Shown: positions 1 through 7,855 of the stretch, piece by piece
Numbering within the stretch: position 1 is the first letter of the stretch
How the letters are laid out: each line of letters opens with the position of its first letter
Assembly (NCBI RefSeq): GCF_001945605.1
Contig: NZ_MPKA01000044.1
Span: 60,001 to 92,000, forward strand
Length of the DNA: 32,000 nucleotides
Source of the DNA: Dubosiella newyorkensis
GTDB lineage: Bacteria; Bacillota_I; Bacilli_A; Erysipelotrichales; Erysipelotrichaceae
Direction of reading: 5' to 3'
Translations under genes and position numbers: made by a program
Notes under the pieces: generated by a model
The model's database searches: none
Told to the model about the DNA's origin: nothing
Seen by the model: the letters and a program-made list of their open reading frames with translations, nothing else

Positions 1-198
1 AATATCGCGTATGAGAAAGAATTTCCTGGGCCGATCTGTAAAACTGAAGAGGAGATTTGCGCAGCGATCCAAAATCTTCATACGTATGATCATGAAAAGC
101 TTCAATCGTTTCGGAATCGTTATATTGTCGATTTTGACGGAAAGAATACGGAAAGGATCGTTCATTTGATCAATTCGCTATTAAAAAAAGCTCAGTGA
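1..198 (+). CDS. 3' fragment of a CDP-glycerol glycerophosphotransferase (TagB/TagF family) gene; the 5' end lies outside the window
   Basis: A frame-1 ORF runs off the left edge and stops at TGA 196-198. The translated tail is NIAYEKEFPGPICKTEEEICAAIQNLHTYDHEKLQSFRNRYIVDFDGKNTERIVHLINSLLKKAQ. From memory it resembles the C-terminal end of TagF-like teichoic-acid polymerases/primases. This ORF is not in the supplied track because it is open-ended. Confidence 0.5.
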   Translation, partial: NIAYEKEFPGPICKTEEEICAAIQNLHTYDHEKLQSFRNRYIVDFDGKNTERIVHLINSLLKKAQ

Positions 199-204
199 TC
201 TGAG

Positions 205-816
205 CTAATTTTTAAATGTGACTTCGATATCGTATTGGTCTTTGATGCCATCCGCGATCTGAAGAAGCTTCGTGATCGAATTGATCGTGTTCTCTTCAGC
301 GACTTGATAGATTTGTTTTTCTTTGAGTTCTTCATCGACGAGCTTTTTTTGCTGGATGGCGAACTCTTTATAGTCGTTGATGCTGATTTGATTAAAGACA
401 TTTTTAGATTCGTTGTAGACTTCTATGCTTTTTTCATCGATCGTATTCGTAAGCACTTCAACAGGTGGTAAAGCGATCTTGATTTTGTTTTGTGTGACTT
501 GAATATCCGCTTGATCGAGATCGACGCCAAGATTGACTTCTCCTTCATAAGTCAAAATAAAATACTTGTTCGTGAGAGGAATCGACCAATTATTGATTTC
601 CAATGAATTTTCATAACGGCCAACTTTGGCGTAATGATATTTCGTGGTGATCAAATCCGAAGCGGATCTTAGTTGTTCTAAAACCGTCGTTTGGCTTACT
701 TGTGGTTCGCTTTGTTTTATATTCCAATTCGCGACCCCAAAAAAGAGAAAAACGCCTACGAGGATCCCGGCTGCCAAGACAAATACATACGATTTCCAAT
801 TCTTTAATTTTTTCAT
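205..816 (-). CDS. DUF4230-family membrane-anchored protein
   Basis: 203-aa ORF with an N-terminal TM anchor (YVFVLAAGILVGVFLFFGV). The beta-rich body (TTKYHYAKVGRYENS...ILTYEGEVNLGVDL) is typical of DUF4230 proteins. Confidence 0.7.
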   Translation of the reverse strand: MKKLKNWKSYVFVLAAGILVGVFLFFGVANWNIKQSEPQVSQTTVLEQLRSASDLITTKYHYAKVGRYENSLEINNWSIPLTNKYFILTYEGEVNLGVDLDQADIQVTQNKIKIALPPVEVLTNTIDEKSIEVYNESKNVFNQISINDYKEFAIQQKKLVDEELKEKQIYQVAEENTINSITKLLQIADGIKDQYDIEVTFKN

Positions 817-870
817 AGCTTTATCTTATCATATTTTCCTGTTCCTATGAAAATCATATCCCCAAATATG

Positions 871-879
871 TGTTATAAT
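871..879 (+). promoter_or_regulatory. Extended -10 promoter element (TGtTATAAT) upstream of rsmG
   Basis: The sequence tgttataat at 871-879 lies about 20 nt upstream of the GGAGG RBS (889-893) and the ATG at 899. No good -35 was seen. Confidence 0.4.
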
Positions 880-898
880 AAACGACACGGAGGCAATC

Positions 899-1603
899 AT
901 GACACAAGAACAATTTATACAAGCACTCTCAAGCCGCGGGATCTCGCTGTCTGAAAAGCAGATCACGCAGTTTCAAACATATATGCGTCTTCTTCAAGAA
1001 TGGAATGAAAAGATGAATTTGACTGCGATCGTCAAGGACGAAGAAGTTTGGGAAAAACATTTTTATGATTCGATCTTGCCTTTTATTGGCTTGGATCTTT
1101 CGAGTTTTTGCGATGTGGGCAGCGGAGCGGGTTTTCCAGGAATTCCGGTCAAGATCGTCTATCCTGATTGCGAAATGACGCTGATCGAACCACTTCAGAA
1201 GCGATGCCGCTTTTTAGAGGAAGTCGTTTCTCAATTGAAGCTGGAAAATATTTCGGTAATGAACGTGCGGGCGGAAGAGTATGCCAAAGAACATCGGGCT
1301 CTATTTTCGATCGTCTCGGCTCGAGCGGTCGCCAAGCTTTCGATTTTATTAGAGTTATGCATTCCTTTATTGAAGGTCGATGGGATCTTTGTCGCTTTAA
1401 AAGGAAAAAATGGAGATCAAGAGCTGAAGCAGGCTAAAAAAGCGCTCTCGCTCTTGCATGTCAAGCTGATCAAGGAAGAAAAGACGACGATCGAGGAAGA
1501 TGCGACTCGGATCAATTTTTATTTTCAAAAAGTACAGGCCACGCCAATCAAATATCCTAGAGCGTATGGGCAGATCAAAAAGAAGCCACTGGAGGAACAA
1601 TAA
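899..1603 (+). CDS. rsmG: 16S rRNA (guanine527-N7)-methyltransferase RsmG/GidB
   Basis: 234-aa ORF with a GGAGG RBS. It carries the SAM-binding motif DVGSGAGFPGIP and the typical N-terminus ...LLxEWNxKxNLTAI. It sits immediately upstream of parA/parB, as in most bacteria. Confidence 0.93.
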   Translation: MTQEQFIQALSSRGISLSEKQITQFQTYMRLLQEWNEKMNLTAIVKDEEVWEKHFYDSILPFIGLDLSSFCDVGSGAGFPGIPVKIVYPDCEMTLIEPLQKRCRFLEEVVSQLKLENISVMNVRAEEYAKEHRALFSIVSARAVAKLSILLELCIPLLKVDGIFVALKGKNGDQELKQAKKALSLLHVKLIKEEKTTIEEDATRINFYFQKVQATPIKYPRAYGQIKKKPLEEQ

Positions 1604-2377
1604 ATGGGGAAGATCATAGCGATATCGAATCAAAAAGGGGGCGTGGGCAAGACGACGACCGCGATCAATGTAGCGACTGGACTCGCTTATGCGAATCGGA
1701 AAGTCCTGCTCGTCGACTTTGATATGCAAGGAAACGCTTCGCAAGGATTATCGGCTCTAAAAGGTGAAGGTCAGCCAACTGTGTATTCGGTCTTGATGGA
1801 AAAATTTCCGATCGAAAAGGCGCTCATCCATATCGAGGAGAGTGGTGTCGATATTTTGCCAGCCAACATTTCTTTAGCTGGCGCCGATTTGATGATGGAT
1901 AAGATTGGTCATGGAAAAGAGCGGCTTCTTAAAGAGGCTTTGGATCCTTTGCGGGATCGATATGATTATATTTTGATCGACTGCCCTCCTTCTTTAGGCT
2001 TGCTCAACACGAACGCTTTGACCGCGGCCGATAGTGTCCTGATCCCTGTTCAATGTGAATATTACGCCTTAGAGGGAGTTACTCAGCTCTTGATCACGAT
2101 CCGGATCGTGCAGCAAACAAGCAATCCGGACTTGAAGATCGAGGGAATCTTGATGACGATGTCGGATATTCGCACGCGTTTGAGTGTCGAAGTTTCTCAA
2201 GAAGTACGACAAACGTTTGGCAAGCTCGTCTATGAGAACTCGATTCCGCGTAATGTGAAGCTTTCCGAGGCGCCAAGCCGCGGACTTTCGATTTTTGAAT
2301 ACGATAAGCGTTCGAAAGGAGCGGAAGCTTACAAAGAGCTTTGTGAGGAGATCATTCAAAGAAATGGAGGTCGATGA
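1604..2377 (+). CDS. parA: ParA/Soj chromosome-partitioning ATPase
   Basis: 257-aa ORF with the deviant Walker A NQKGGVGKTTT and the motifs DCPPSLG and SIPRNVKLSEAPS. The ATG directly abuts the rsmG stop codon. Confidence 0.95.
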   Translation: MGKIIAISNQKGGVGKTTTAINVATGLAYANRKVLLVDFDMQGNASQGLSALKGEGQPTVYSVLMEKFPIEKALIHIEESGVDILPANISLAGADLMMDKIGHGKERLLKEALDPLRDRYDYILIDCPPSLGLLNTNALTAADSVLIPVQCEYYALEGVTQLLITIRIVQQTSNPDLKIEGILMTMSDIRTRLSVEVSQEVRQTFGKLVYENSIPRNVKLSEAPSRGLSIFEYDKRSKGAEAYKELCEEIIQRNGGR

Positions 2378-2378
2378 T

Positions 2379-3266
2379 ATGGCAAATAAAACAGCACGCT
2401 TAGGAAAAGGGATCAATTCGATCTTTGGGGCTGATGTCAGCAAGGTGCTTGACGATATCCAAAATGGCGATGTGGAAACAGAAGCCCAAGAGCAACTACA
2501 GATCCGCCTTGAGGAGATCCGGCCCAACCCATATCAGCCTCGAAAGGTCTTTGATCCAATGGCTTTAGAAGAATTGAAAGATTCGATCCAGCAGCATGGG
2601 GTCTTTACGCCGATCTTGGTGAAGAAAAGCATCGCCGGCTATGATCTGATTGCTGGAGAAAGGCGGCTTAGAGCAAGCAAGCTAGCGGGATTGGAAACGA
2701 TCCCGGCAATCGTCGTTCCTTTCAATGATCAAGAAATGATGGAGATCGCTTTATTGGAAAACATCCAGCGGGAAGATCTGAATGTGATCGAAGAAGCAAG
2801 AGCGTATGAGCAGCTGATCCAGAAGCTTGGTTATACGCAAGAGCAGCTTGCCAAAAGAGTGGGCAAATCGAGAGAGCATATCACGAATTTGCTGCGTCTT
2901 TTAAAGCTTCCGGAAGATGTGCAAGATTATGCGATCAATAAAGAACTTTCGATGGGGCATATTCGGGCGCTTCTTTCTTTGAAGGACGAGATGAAAATGC
3001 GTCAGATCGCGAAAATGGCGATCGATCAAGGCCTCTCGGTTCGGAAAGTCGAACAGCTTGTCAAGGATAACGGTCAAAAAAAGGAAAAAACGCCTGTCGA
3101 GAAGCCAGAGGCGAATTTATTTTTGATAGAAGCGAAAAAGCAAATGGAGGAGATGTTCCAAACTTCGGTGAAGATCTCCAATCAGACGATTCAGATCCAT
3201 TTTGAAAACGATCAAGATCTGACGAGGATCTTAGAAATACTGCATTTGATCGAGACAAACGAATGA
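2379..3266 (+). CDS. parB: ParB/Spo0J partition protein
   Basis: The start was chosen at ATG 2379 (MANKTARLGKGINSIF...). It is preceded by GGAGG at 2366-2370 and lies just after the parA TGA. The longer ORF from 2295 overlaps parA and lacks an RBS. The protein has the ParB arginine patch GERRLRA and an HTH region (YTQEQLAKRVGKSREHITN). Confidence 0.93.
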   Translation: MANKTARLGKGINSIFGADVSKVLDDIQNGDVETEAQEQLQIRLEEIRPNPYQPRKVFDPMALEELKDSIQQHGVFTPILVKKSIAGYDLIAGERRLRASKLAGLETIPAIVVPFNDQEMMEIALLENIQREDLNVIEEARAYEQLIQKLGYTQEQLAKRVGKSREHITNLLRLLKLPEDVQDYAINKELSMGHIRALLSLKDEMKMRQIAKMAIDQGLSVRKVEQLVKDNGQKKEKTPVEKPEANLFLIEAKKQMEEMFQTSVKISNQTIQIHFENDQDLTRILEILHLIETNE

Positions 3267-3285
3267 GATTGTCTCGATTTTTTGT
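3249..3285 (+). terminator. Rho-independent terminator of the rsmG-parAB unit
   Basis: A perfect 10-bp stem, atcgagacaa (3249-3258) pairing with ttgtctcgat (3269-3278), spans the parB stop codon and is followed by a T6 run. Confidence 0.75.
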
Positions 3286-3313
3286 TGACATCTTGAATAG
3301 GGTCTAGTTAAAT
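3285..3313 (+). promoter_or_regulatory. Sigma-A type promoter of the glmS leader
   Basis: TTGACA (3285-3290), a 17-nt spacer, then TTAAAT (3308-3313). It lies about 28 nt upstream of the ribozyme cleavage-site motif. Confidence 0.6.
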
Positions 3314-3335
3314 GGAAGAATCATGGAGAGCGAAA

Positions 3336-3482
3336 ACGATAGCGCCAGGACTGAGCGATCAGTTGACGAGGACCAGATTTTTCGAAAGATTCGGCGGGTG
3401 ATCTGGAGGCTTGATACAGTCTAAGTAGATGGACAAAAACATGTCGTGAGGCGTGAACAGAGCCATCGAGTATCCTCCATGA
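3336..3482 (+). ncRNA. glmS ribozyme: glmS ribozyme (GlcN6P-activated self-cleaving riboswitch) in the glmS 5' UTR
   Basis: Hallmark conserved blocks occur in the correct order. AGCGCCAGGACU starts at 3341 (cleavage expected between A3341 and G3342). It is followed by UUGACGAGGA and then UUCGAAAGAUUCGGCGGGUG. A distal GGAGG...CCUCC pairing closes the P3/P4 region. The element sits directly upstream of glmS, as in Bacillus and relatives. The boundaries are approximate. Confidence 0.85.
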
Positions 3483-3518
3483 ACATACATCATCAATAAT
3501 TAAATGGAGGATCAGAAC

Positions 3519-5324
3519 ATGTGTGGAATTACAGCATTTACGGGGCAGGAGCCTGCCCTTCCTTTTCTATTGCAAGGTTTAGAGAAATTAGAATATCGCG
3601 GGTATGATTCGGCAGGCGTTTCTTTAGTGGATCCAGAGGGGATCATCACGAAAAAAGCGAAAGGAAAACTAGAGGCTCTTAAAGAAGAATTGAATAAAGA
3701 GATGTATTTGCAGCAAGCAGGGATCGGACATACTCGGTGGGCGACGCATGGGATCCCATCGCATTTGAATTCGCATCCGCATATCAATGCCGATAATACG
3801 ATTTCGATCGTTCACAATGGGATCATCGAAAACTATCAATCGATCAAAGAAGGATTGGAAATGCAGGAGTATACGTTCCATTCCCAGACAGATAGCGAGG
3901 TGATCGTGCACCTTCTCGATTACTATTATGATGGGGACATGATCAAAGCGCTCAAGAAAGTGACGAGCTATTTAGAGGGAAGCTATGCGTTGTGCGTAAC
4001 GACGCTCGATGAACCGGATACGATCTATGTCGCAAAAAAAGAAAGTCCCATGATCTTAGGAAAAACGGACACGGCCGCTTTTTGCGCGAGTGATATTCCG
4101 GCTTTGATCGCCTACACTAAAGAGATCATCGCTTTAGAAGATCAGCAAATGGCGATCCTAAAGCCAGGAAAGATCCAAGTGCTAGACCAAGAAGGAAATA
4201 AAGTGGATGTTCAGCCTGTTTTTGTTCCTTACGATCTAGAAGCGGCTCAAAAGAACGGCTACGAGACGTTCATGGAAAAAGAGATCGCGGAGCAGCCTTT
4301 TGTGATCAAAGAAACGCTCCGTTCTCGGATCGAAGATCATATCCTCATGCCAGAACTCGATGATTTGGCGATGGAGGATATTCATGCGATCTATATGATC
4401 GCTTGCGGAACGGCGTATCATGCTTCTTTATATGCCCAATATTTAGGAAGAGAATGGCTTTCGATTCCGATCCAATGCGTGCCAGCGAGTGAATTTCGAT
4501 ATGGAAATTATCCTGTCGACGAGCATAGTCTTTGTTTATTCGTTTCTCAATCCGGCGAGACGGCGGATACATTGGCGGCTTTGAAGGCTTGCAAGAAAAA
4601 GAATGCGAAAACGATCGCGGTTTGTAATGTGCTCGATTCTTCGATCTCACGTATCGCGGATACGACATTATATACGTGCGCAGGACCTGAGATTGCGGTC
4701 GCGAGCACCAAAGCGTATACGACGCAGCTTACCCTTCTTGCGTGTATCATGCTCAAGCTTGCTGAACTGGCAAAAGTTGAAGTGAATGGTTATGATCAGC
4801 TGTTGCATGATGTAAAGGCGCTTCCAGAAACGATTGAATCGATGCTAGGCATGGAAGAGCAAATGAAGGAGTATGCTTCATTTTTAAAAGAACAGCACGA
4901 TGCGTATTTTATTGGACGGCAGCTAGATTATGTTTCTGTGCTCGAGGGCGCGTTGAAGCTGAAAGAAATTTCTTACGTGCACGCGGATGCGTATTATGCA
5001 GGAGAATTGAAGCACGGTCCGATCGCGCTGATCGAAGAGGGGACGGTCGTGATCGCTTTGGCGACCCAAAAGGATGTCGCGAGCAAGACGATCTCGAATA
5101 TTGAAGAGACGATTGCTCGGGGCGCGAATGTGATCTTGATCAAAGCGAAAGGCGTGCATTCGGATAAGATCGCGCACCAGATCGAGATCCCGGATATTCA
5201 TCCGTATTTGGCGTGCTTGCCAGCGACGATCTTGTTGCAGCAATTCGCTCTTTGGAGCGCTAAAGAAAAAGGCTGCAATGTGGATCAGCCTCGAAATCTA
5301 GCGAAAAGTGTGACGGTCGAATGA
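3519..5324 (+). CDS. glmS: Glutamine--fructose-6-phosphate aminotransferase (isomerizing)
   Basis: The start was set at ATG 3519 so that the protein begins MCGI (the catalytic N-terminal Cys of Ntn amidotransferases). GGAGG lies 8 nt upstream. Two SIS-domain motifs are present (SQSGETADT, ELKHGPIALI), and the C-terminus is canonical (...KSVTVE). Confidence 0.96.
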   Translation: MCGITAFTGQEPALPFLLQGLEKLEYRGYDSAGVSLVDPEGIITKKAKGKLEALKEELNKEMYLQQAGIGHTRWATHGIPSHLNSHPHINADNTISIVHNGIIENYQSIKEGLEMQEYTFHSQTDSEVIVHLLDYYYDGDMIKALKKVTSYLEGSYALCVTTLDEPDTIYVAKKESPMILGKTDTAAFCASDIPALIAYTKEIIALEDQQMAILKPGKIQVLDQEGNKVDVQPVFVPYDLEAAQKNGYETFMEKEIAEQPFVIKETLRSRIEDHILMPELDDLAMEDIHAIYMIACGTAYHASLYAQYLGREWLSIPIQCVPASEFRYGNYPVDEHSLCLFVSQSGETADTLAALKACKKKNAKTIAVCNVLDSSISRIADTTLYTCAGPEIAVASTKAYTTQLTLLACIMLKLAELAKVEVNGYDQLLHDVKALPETIESMLGMEEQMKEYASFLKEQHDAYFIGRQLDYVSVLEGALKLKEISYVHADAYYAGELKHGPIALIEEGTVVIALATQKDVASKTISNIEETIARGANVILIKAKGVHSDKIAHQIEIPDIHPYLACLPATILLQQFALWSAKEKGCNVDQPRNLAKSVTVE

Positions 5325-5867
5325 TCATTTAGGCAAGGAACGGATGTATTGGCACGTCTTTTCTAGCCCGTTTTCCGATAAATAACATAATAAATATAAG
5401 ATCTGACAATCAGTTTCGGGATGGATCAAGATATGGTCTCTTCCATTCATATAATAAGTAAGTGCACTGGAATCAGTGTACTTTTCTTTTTCATAGACCA
5501 TGCTCGCGGCTACCCGATCGCAAAACATCTCATACACGTAGCGGTTTGGCATCTTGACGGCTTTGACGCCATGTTCTCCATTATCGATCCAATACTCCCA
5601 ATGATGTGGGTTCCTTCCTTTGTGGTGGAGCCATGACATAGAATAGCTTTCTATTTCTTTTTGGGCATTGATCGGCGAACGATAGCCTTGATAGTATTGA
5701 AAGCCTGTTTTTAATTCGATGGGCGTATATTTGCTCAGATCGTGCAGAAGGCCTTGTTTATAGAGTCCGCACTTGAAACAAAGTTCCATGACTTTGATTT
5801 TATGGGCGTTGATCGTAGAAAGGTGGCCTTTGATTTTTTGAATTTGATTCATGTTTTTAGTATACAC
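5325..5867 (-). CDS. DUF5662-like protein (family often mis-annotated as 'catalase'); function unknown
   Basis: 180-aa ORF with His-rich motifs (HDLSKY, WLHHKGRNPHHWEYW), recalled from the DUF5662 family. Its stop codon directly abuts the glmS stop codon (tgatca). Confidence 0.55.
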   Translation of the reverse strand: MYTKNMNQIQKIKGHLSTINAHKIKVMELCFKCGLYKQGLLHDLSKYTPIELKTGFQYYQGYRSPINAQKEIESYSMSWLHHKGRNPHHWEYWIDNGEHGVKAVKMPNRYVYEMFCDRVAASMVYEKEKYTDSSALTYYMNGRDHILIHPETDCQILYLLCYLSENGLEKTCQYIRSLPK

Positions 5868-5937
5868 ACTTTTGTTAAGAGTGAATATAGGGATGATTGA
5901 AAAGCCTTACATGTATTTGAAAAAACGTAAAATATTC

Positions 5938-5965
5938 TTGAAAAGCTTCTTTCATGTGCTAAAAT
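5938..5965 (+). promoter_or_regulatory. Candidate promoter of the peptide ABC transporter operon
   Basis: TTGAAA (5938-5943), a 16-nt spacer, then TAAAAT (5960-5965) with a TGc extended -10. It lies about 48 nt upstream of the ATG at 6014. Confidence 0.5.
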
Positions 5966-6013
5966 TTAAACATCAGACTTAGAGTCGTAGAAGTTTATTA
6001 GGAGGAGAAAAGA

Positions 6014-7738
6014 ATGAACTCTCGAAAACTATTTGCAGGGTTGACATCGGCTGCGATGTTGTTGAGCCTTGCAGGGTGCAGCAGTTCGAATGGCGGCGGT
6101 TCTAACGGCGGCTCAGATTCAAAATCCGAAAGCAAACCGCTGATCGTTGGAACGACGCAAGAATTAGCTGGTGTATTCTCACCGATTTTCTATCAATCCG
6201 CTTATGATGGATGGGTAGTCGACATGATCTATGAACCACTTCTTCGTTATACGAAGGATTCGGAATTGAAGCCATATTTGGCGGAAGAAATGCCTGAGAT
6301 CTCTGAAGATGGAAAAACGATCACGTTCAAGATCAAAGAAGGAATCAAATTCTCGGATGGTTCGGACTTGGATGCCAACGACGTTAAATTCACGTTCACG
6401 TTGATCGCCGATCCTTCTTATGATGGACGCTTCACTGGAAACGCCGATTTTATCGAAGGTTATAAAGAATATCATGATGGCGACGCGACGGAATTTAGCG
6501 GAATCGAAGTTGTCGATGATCATACCGTGACATTCCACTTGATGGACACACAATACGATTCTGTCAGCACGCTTGGTGGCATGGGTATCATTTCCGATAC
6601 ACAATATGAATATAAAAAAGGCGATCTAGGAGACTACAAATCGAAAAACGATCAGCCTATGGGTTCGGGTCCTTATGTATTGAACAGCTACGATAAAGCG
6701 GCTGGTGCTTCGCTTGTGAAAAATGAAAACTATACAGGAGAAGGCGATTATAAGATCTCGCAAGTCGTTGTTAAAACGATCGCGGAAGCGACAGAATTGA
6801 CTTCGCTGCAAAATGGCGATATCAACTACTTCCCAGACTCGATCGAAGCCGATATCGTCGGACCAGCTTCGTTGGATGAGAATTTGGCTTTTGACCATTA
6901 CTTCAGAGCGGCTGAAGGATACTTCGGTTATAATTGCGCGGCAGGCGTGACTAAGGATGCCGCAGTTCGTCAAGCTCTTTCTTACGCGACGAACCGTCAA
7001 GAATTCATCGACGCTTACTTCAAGTATCCAGAAGCATCGGATGAATTGAAAGAAATCCCTCTTGGTTATAAACCTACGATTTATTGGAACCCAGTATCGG
7101 CGAACTTAGGCTCGATCGTTACAGGCGAAGAAAAACTCGATGGATTGGCTGTATATGATTTCGACGTTGAAAAAGCGAAGAAGGTTCTTGAAGACGCTGG
7201 ATGGAAAGATACAGATGGCGATGGAATCCGTGAAAAAGATGGCGAAAAATTAACGGTTAAATTCTTGTTGAGCGAAGGAAACTCCGTTCTTGAAATGTTG
7301 ATCCCGATCATCGAAAAATCTTGGAAAGAAATCGGTGTCGATTTGAAACAAAACACGGTTGATTTCAACACATTGATGGATACAGTGACACCAGGCAGCG
7401 GCGATAGCGATTGGAACGTATTCTTCATGGCTACATCGTATACAGGTGTTGAAAACGCGGATTCGAACTACAACTTGATGAGCGGCGATCCAAACAACTA
7501 TTCTGGTTTGCAAGATAAGAAACTGGATGATGAGTTGAAAGCGGGTCGCGGAACAGTAGATGAAGCGAAATCTGTCGAAAACTATAAGAAAGCGATGATC
7601 ACGGAAAACGATTTGATTCCATATTTGCCAATTTATGGAAATGAATTGTTCAACATCTATGCGAAGAATGTCAAACTTACAGACACTGGTCCAGTACGCT
7701 CTTGGGCTCAAGCTTTGGATACAGCAGTAGTTGAATAG
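6014..7738 (+). CDS. Peptide ABC transporter substrate-binding lipoprotein (family 5 SBP, OppA/DppA-like)
   Basis: 574-aa ORF with an AGGAGG RBS and a lipoprotein signal with lipobox LSLAG|C. A Gly/Ser-rich linker follows. The body has family-5 SBP features, and the gene is the first of an A-B-C-D-F operon. Confidence 0.9.
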   Translation: MNSRKLFAGLTSAAMLLSLAGCSSSNGGGSNGGSDSKSESKPLIVGTTQELAGVFSPIFYQSAYDGWVVDMIYEPLLRYTKDSELKPYLAEEMPEISEDGKTITFKIKEGIKFSDGSDLDANDVKFTFTLIADPSYDGRFTGNADFIEGYKEYHDGDATEFSGIEVVDDHTVTFHLMDTQYDSVSTLGGMGIISDTQYEYKKGDLGDYKSKNDQPMGSGPYVLNSYDKAAGASLVKNENYTGEGDYKISQVVVKTIAEATELTSLQNGDINYFPDSIEADIVGPASLDENLAFDHYFRAAEGYFGYNCAAGVTKDAAVRQALSYATNRQEFIDAYFKYPEASDELKEIPLGYKPTIYWNPVSANLGSIVTGEEKLDGLAVYDFDVEKAKKVLEDAGWKDTDGDGIREKDGEKLTVKFLLSEGNSVLEMLIPIIEKSWKEIGVDLKQNTVDFNTLMDTVTPGSGDSDWNVFFMATSYTGVENADSNYNLMSGDPNNYSGLQDKKLDDELKAGRGTVDEAKSVENYKKAMITENDLIPYLPIYGNELFNIYAKNVKLTDTGPVRSWAQALDTAVVE

Positions 7739-7754
7739 AAGTGAACGAATTTAA

Positions 7755-7781
7755 AGAGCAAGCCATTGTATGACTTGCTCT
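7755..7781 (+). terminator. Intra-operon hairpin after the SBP gene (probable partial terminator or mRNA stabiliser)
   Basis: An 8-bp stem, agagcaag (7755-7762) pairing with cttgctct (7774-7781), begins 17 nt after the stop codon. It is followed by a T/A-rich tract (tattataatttt) rather than a clean U-run. Confidence 0.45.
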
Positions 7782-7785
7782 TATT

Positions 7786-7818
7786 ATAATTTTCAAAAGA
7801 TTTTATTTTGAAAATTAT
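7786..7818. promoter_or_regulatory. Perfect 13-bp inverted repeat with a CodY-box-like core, between the SBP and permease genes
   Basis: ataattttcaaaa (7786-7798), a 7-nt spacer, then ttttgaaaattat (7806-7818). The 15-mer aattttcaaaagatt (7788-7802) matches the CodY consensus AATTTTCWGAAAATT at 13 of 15 positions by hand alignment. Confidence 0.4.
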
Positions 7819-7855
7819 AATAATCATATTACATTTATTAGTAGGAGGAATATAT

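Noticed and set aside
192-471. The Ser/Lys-rich 69-aa ORF (192-401, minus strand) and the 78-aa ORF (235-471, plus strand), both overlapping the DUF4230 gene.
   Set aside because: These are low-complexity shadow frames of a well-supported gene and have no RBS. The same reasoning applies to the many antisense or out-of-frame ORFs in the track. Examples are 2069-2527, 6179-6604, 7250-7711, 7708-8133, 10036-10449, 10622-11119, 19747-20175, 20671-21090, 22512-22832, 26036-26437, 27142-27933, 30243-30695 and 31535-31807.
899-3266. An rsmG-parA-parB cluster might signal oriC and parS sites in the window.
   Set aside because: A by-eye scan found no match to parS (TGTTNCACGTGAAACA). The only CACGTG, near 28272, has unrelated flanks. 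There is no cluster of TTATCCACA DnaA boxes and no dnaA or dnaN gene. A pattern search with mismatches should confirm this, but nothing supports the claim at present.
7808-7855. N-terminal extensions offered by the ORF track. These cover the permease (7808), parB (2295), glmS (3504), the downstream tetR (18433), the glycosylase (20547), tatD (24749), MATE (26517), the ATPase (TTG 28150) and prfA (TTG 29601).
   Set aside because: In each case an internal ATG has a proper Shine-Dalgarno sequence and yields the canonical family N-terminus. The extensions lack an RBS, overlap the upstream gene, or lie inside a terminator hairpin.
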